Both the position numbers and the translations under genes were made by a program. From Candidatus Micrarchaeota archaeon (GTDB lineage Archaea > Micrarchaeota > Micrarchaeia > Anstonellales > Bilamarchaeaceae), in the NCBI GenBank assembly GCA_037440825.1, contig JBBITJ010000001.1:63777-82402 (forward strand): a DNA stretch of 18,626 nt, read 5' to 3'. Below are positions 16,801-18,626 of this stretch, piece by piece; the stretch's first letter is position 1; each line of letters begins with the position of its first letter. The notes under the pieces were generated by a model. That model was not told the origin of the DNA. It saw nothing but the letters and a program-made list of their open reading frames with translations, and did not search any database.

Positions 16801-17217
16801 TACGTAATTGGTGCCGTCTGGGTTCGTCCTGATCTTGACTTTGGAGATTCCTTCCGTAGGGGCTACGAGCATGCCTTCGGTGAGTATCCCCACGGATGTC
16901 CTGACTGCCTGCTCTATCCTCTTTTCAGTTGGCGCTTTGATTATCTCGCCTGCGGCTATTTTCGCCGCGAGGTTGAACGCTATGTCTTCCCTGGACTGGC
17001 CGGACTCCTCCATGTCGCGGATTATCTTGGCTATTCCTGGAGGGCCCACCAATGCTTCCACGCGGGCTGCGACGTCCTTCGCAATCTTGATCTCCACTTC
17101 GTCCGCAGGGTCGAATCCCTGCTTCCTAGCCTCGCTCGCGATAGAGTATAATCTGTTCAGTTCGTTGCGCAACGAATCCAGGTATTGCTGGTATTCCTCA
17201 CTTGTTGCGAGAGTCAT
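13828..17217 (-). CDS. polC: DNA polymerase D large subunit DP2 (1129 aa), intein-free
   Basis: APTEGI, GPIRSAGGT, GRPVFAYP...GGFRLRYGRSR, GRMGRPEKAKER, catalytic AAKRRNADGDED, GGTMDAP and a C-terminal CxxC..CxxC Zn module. ATGA overlap with the DP1 stop. Confidence 0.98.
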   Translation of the reverse strand: MTLATSEEYQQYLDSLRNELNRLYSIASEARKQGFDPADEVEIKIAKDVAARVEALVGPPGIAKIIRDMEESGQSREDIAFNLAAKIAAGEIIKAPTEKRIEQAVRTSVGILTEGMLVAPTEGISKVKIRTNPDGTNYVGIYFTGPIRSAGGTVAALAVALADHARRIAKIGDYRPTDTEIERYVEEVNVYEVRAAHLQYKPSDDDVRWIVKNCPVCIDGDPGNPGNEEVEVSVHRNLPRVETNRLRGGIPLVICEGIAQKSSKVYKYAKKFGLGWDWLEKLIKVKRKESTVEIKPDYTYLEGLVAGRPVFAYPMAKGGFRLRYGRSRTNSLMAKNIHPATMILLDDFTAVGTHVKIERPGKGAVLSGCDTIEPPIVKMKNGSVLKVRSSAKAKELRPNVEKIIFLGDMLVAYGDFLKSGHPLMPSGWCEEWWAEECKAKGVQPKKPESAKEAFEFSRNYSVPLYPEYVYFWHDISAEQMRSLALWLAQGQPSFNAGEMNMLVLQPAPEKSILEDLGVEHTVADGKIFLGKDDAYSLFSTLGLEISADGKISTAKFNSAYSASKTALALANEISGLEIKAKAPIYIGGRMGRPEKAKERAMEGDVNVLFPTGSPKNRSLMKLYKTIRGKEGERTTSLELARYVCPNCRNITAYRKCELCSTKTVAQNVCPKCGKPTNQEEHCSPTLPYERRPVNLVNLIEMLRKQYNFLPEDIRGVKGLSSTKKVPERLEKGLFRAKHDIYVFRDGTCRFDATNIPLTHFKPREIGTSVEKLRSLGYTKDYLGNELLNEEQIVPLRPQDIIISEYGADYFLRVAKFIDDIMVGLYNMQPVYNASTRDDLVGQLFVGLSPHTSSGVLVRLIGFTKANAGFGHPFFHAAKRRNADGDEDAVMLLMDSLLNFSRHYLSDTRGGTMDAPITISTVIDPKEVDDEAHNVEMVFGYPLEFYRAAEKFASAGDVKIKTVKDVLGKPEQYDQLGLTHDTTYIDEGPLKTAYVSLESIPDKINLQFNLQKRLRPVDVRDAAERLILSHFIPDLYGNLRSFSRQTFRCGNCNEIYRRTPLAGKCTKCGGNLLLTINKGGIEKYLEISRKMCDEYDLPAYMRQRLDLIKKEIENIFEDEKVKQMGISDFM

Positions 17218-18626
17218 GTTTCCCCTTTGCTGAAATCAATCGTCCTGTAAGTGCTCGTCTTCATTTCCAATATTCCCACCACTCCCGGGGTGGGAACGTG
17301 CCCCTGCTCTACTTGGAAATCGGTCCTGTCCTGGAAAGTCCCTGAATTTATTAGATGGGTTCCGCGGTATTGCATGTATCCGTGCTTGTGCACATGCCCA
17401 ACGTGCAGAATGTCCGGCTCGTCTTCAAGGACAAGGTAATCAACCCTTTCCGGAACTATGAGATTCCCTCCATATATGGGTGAAAGATGCCTTCTCTTGA
17501 GATATTCGCACGAGACCTTCTCAGGGGAATTGTAGGAAAGCCCGGGAATCCTGGAAATCATCGAGTCCATGGAAGTGCCGTGGTATATCACGTTCCTTAT
17601 CCCCTCTATTATCACAGTGGAGGGATTACCGACCTTTATCACATCCGTCTTTACCAATGTATCATCAAGCGCAGGCATGGGCTCAGCCCTCCTCACTGCA
17701 TCATGGTTTCCCGGAGCCACGATTACGTCTATATGGTCAGGGAGCATCTCCACGTAATTGTCAAAAACCTCGTATTGCTTGTAAACGTCCTTTATCGTCA
17801 AATCCTTCTCCTGGTTCGGGTATACCCCTACTCCATCCACTATGTCCCCTGCAATCACCAGGTATTTCACTTTCCCTGCTATCTCATTTTCCTGCCCTTT
17901 TCCATTAAGCCAGTCTATGAATTTCCCGAACTGCTTGTTCAGGAAATGGCGGGAACCGAAGTGCGTGTCGGAAATGTACGCGCACGCGAGGTCCGTCTCG
18001 CTCGTCTTTTTGCTCCGCGTGATGGGAAGGTCTGGCCACTCTATATCCTCGGCGATTATGAAGGGCTCGAGCACTTTTCCGGTTATGGAAACGATATCGT
18101 CCTTGAGCAGCTGCCTCGCCTTCTCGTAAGTTTTCTCGTTCTTGCGCGATACCACTACCTTGAACGCGCCGGTCAGGTCCTCTATTTCCAGGAGTATGCT
18201 GCCTTGTTTCGTATCCCTTTTCTCGTAAACGATAGCTATCACGCGCACGTTCTTGTTCAGGTCGCGCTTTATGTCTCCCAGATAAGTAGTAGTGTACTTG
18301 GAAGACGCGGAGAAGAGCTTGCTCATTCTATGGAAGCGGTTCTTGAAATAGGCGACGAAATCGTCCACGCTCCCGGTTGTGCGGGATTTTCCCGTAACAT
18401 CTAGCGAATGGACGAGCTTTATGTTCGACGAATATTCGGCGGCGAGGGGCTTCTCCTTGCTTCTTATCACTTCGACTTTCTGAGGAGCCAGTCTGGAAAT
18501 GGCATCCTCCACGTCTTTCTTGGAGATGAACGGCTTCTGAAGTGAAACGATCTCATTAATGAGGTTCTCGCTTGCTTCGTTGAGCAGGGGCTCTGCGTCA
18601 AGGGCGATACGCATTCCCTTTTCCCG
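17214..18626 (-). CDS. polB: DNA polymerase D small (proofreading exonuclease) subunit DP1, probably 5'-truncated by the window edge
   Basis: OB fold (IEDLTG) plus calcineurin-like motifs SDTHFGS, GDIVDGVGVYPNQ, PGNHDA, YHG, RRHLSP and GHVH. The frame stays open to 18626 (REKG before the ATG at 18614). Confidence 0.96.
   Translation of the reverse strand, partial: REKGMRIALDAEPLLNEASENLINEIVSLQKPFISKKDVEDAISRLAPQKVEVIRSKEKPLAAEYSSNIKLVHSLDVTGKSRTTGSVDDFVAYFKNRFHRMSKLFSASSKYTTTYLGDIKRDLNKNVRVIAIVYEKRDTKQGSILLEIEDLTGAFKVVVSRKNEKTYEKARQLLKDDIVSITGKVLEPFIIAEDIEWPDLPITRSKKTSETDLACAYISDTHFGSRHFLNKQFGKFIDWLNGKGQENEIAGKVKYLVIAGDIVDGVGVYPNQEKDLTIKDVYKQYEVFDNYVEMLPDHIDVIVAPGNHDAVRRAEPMPALDDTLVKTDVIKVGNPSTVIIEGIRNVIYHGTSMDSMISRIPGLSYNSPEKVSCEYLKRRHLSPIYGGNLIVPERVDYLVLEDEPDILHVGHVHKHGYMQYRGTHLINSGTFQDRTDFQVEQGHVPTPGVVGILEMKTSTYRTIDFSKGET

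Noticed and set aside
17105..17122. tRNA T-arm-like hairpin GCAGGG-TCGAAT-CCCTGC
   Set aside because: It lies antisense within DP2 codons (KQGFDPAD), has a non-canonical loop and has no surrounding cloverleaf.
13828..17217. Intein in DP2
   Set aside because: Length is ordinary and the conserved motifs are contiguous, with no splice-junction or LAGLIDADG motifs.
1..18626. CRISPR array, IS element, prophage or defence system
   Set aside because: No periodic repeats and no transposase, integrase, capsid or nuclease-effector genes were seen.

Overview
Compact archaeal housekeeping region of moderately high GC (~55%, estimated from sampled lines). It is most consistent with a DPANN-type genome, possibly Micrarchaeota; this is an inference from gene content, very short spacers and TATA-box promoters, not a database result. 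Left to right it encodes: long-form ThyX, a DUF4139-like exported protein, a clan-A glycoside-hydrolase-like lipoprotein, Pus10, an A24 prepilin peptidase, a PduO-type corrinoid adenosyltransferase, a NikR-like regulator, two head-to-head membrane GT2 glycosyltransferases, a membrane-anchored CxxC protein, a Cys-rich Zn-finger protein, a strongly diverged ATP-type PEP carboxykinase-like protein, and DNA polymerase D large and small subunits (the latter probably cut by the window edge). I found no CRISPR array, tRNA, rRNA, transposase or intein. The best novelty candidates are two heavily base-paired intergenic segments that match no RNA family I recognise (7244-7424 and 13683-13827), a small ORF upstream of thyX whose ATG is one base out of frame, a perfect 22-bp AT palindrome, and the motif-altered PEPCK-like enzyme.
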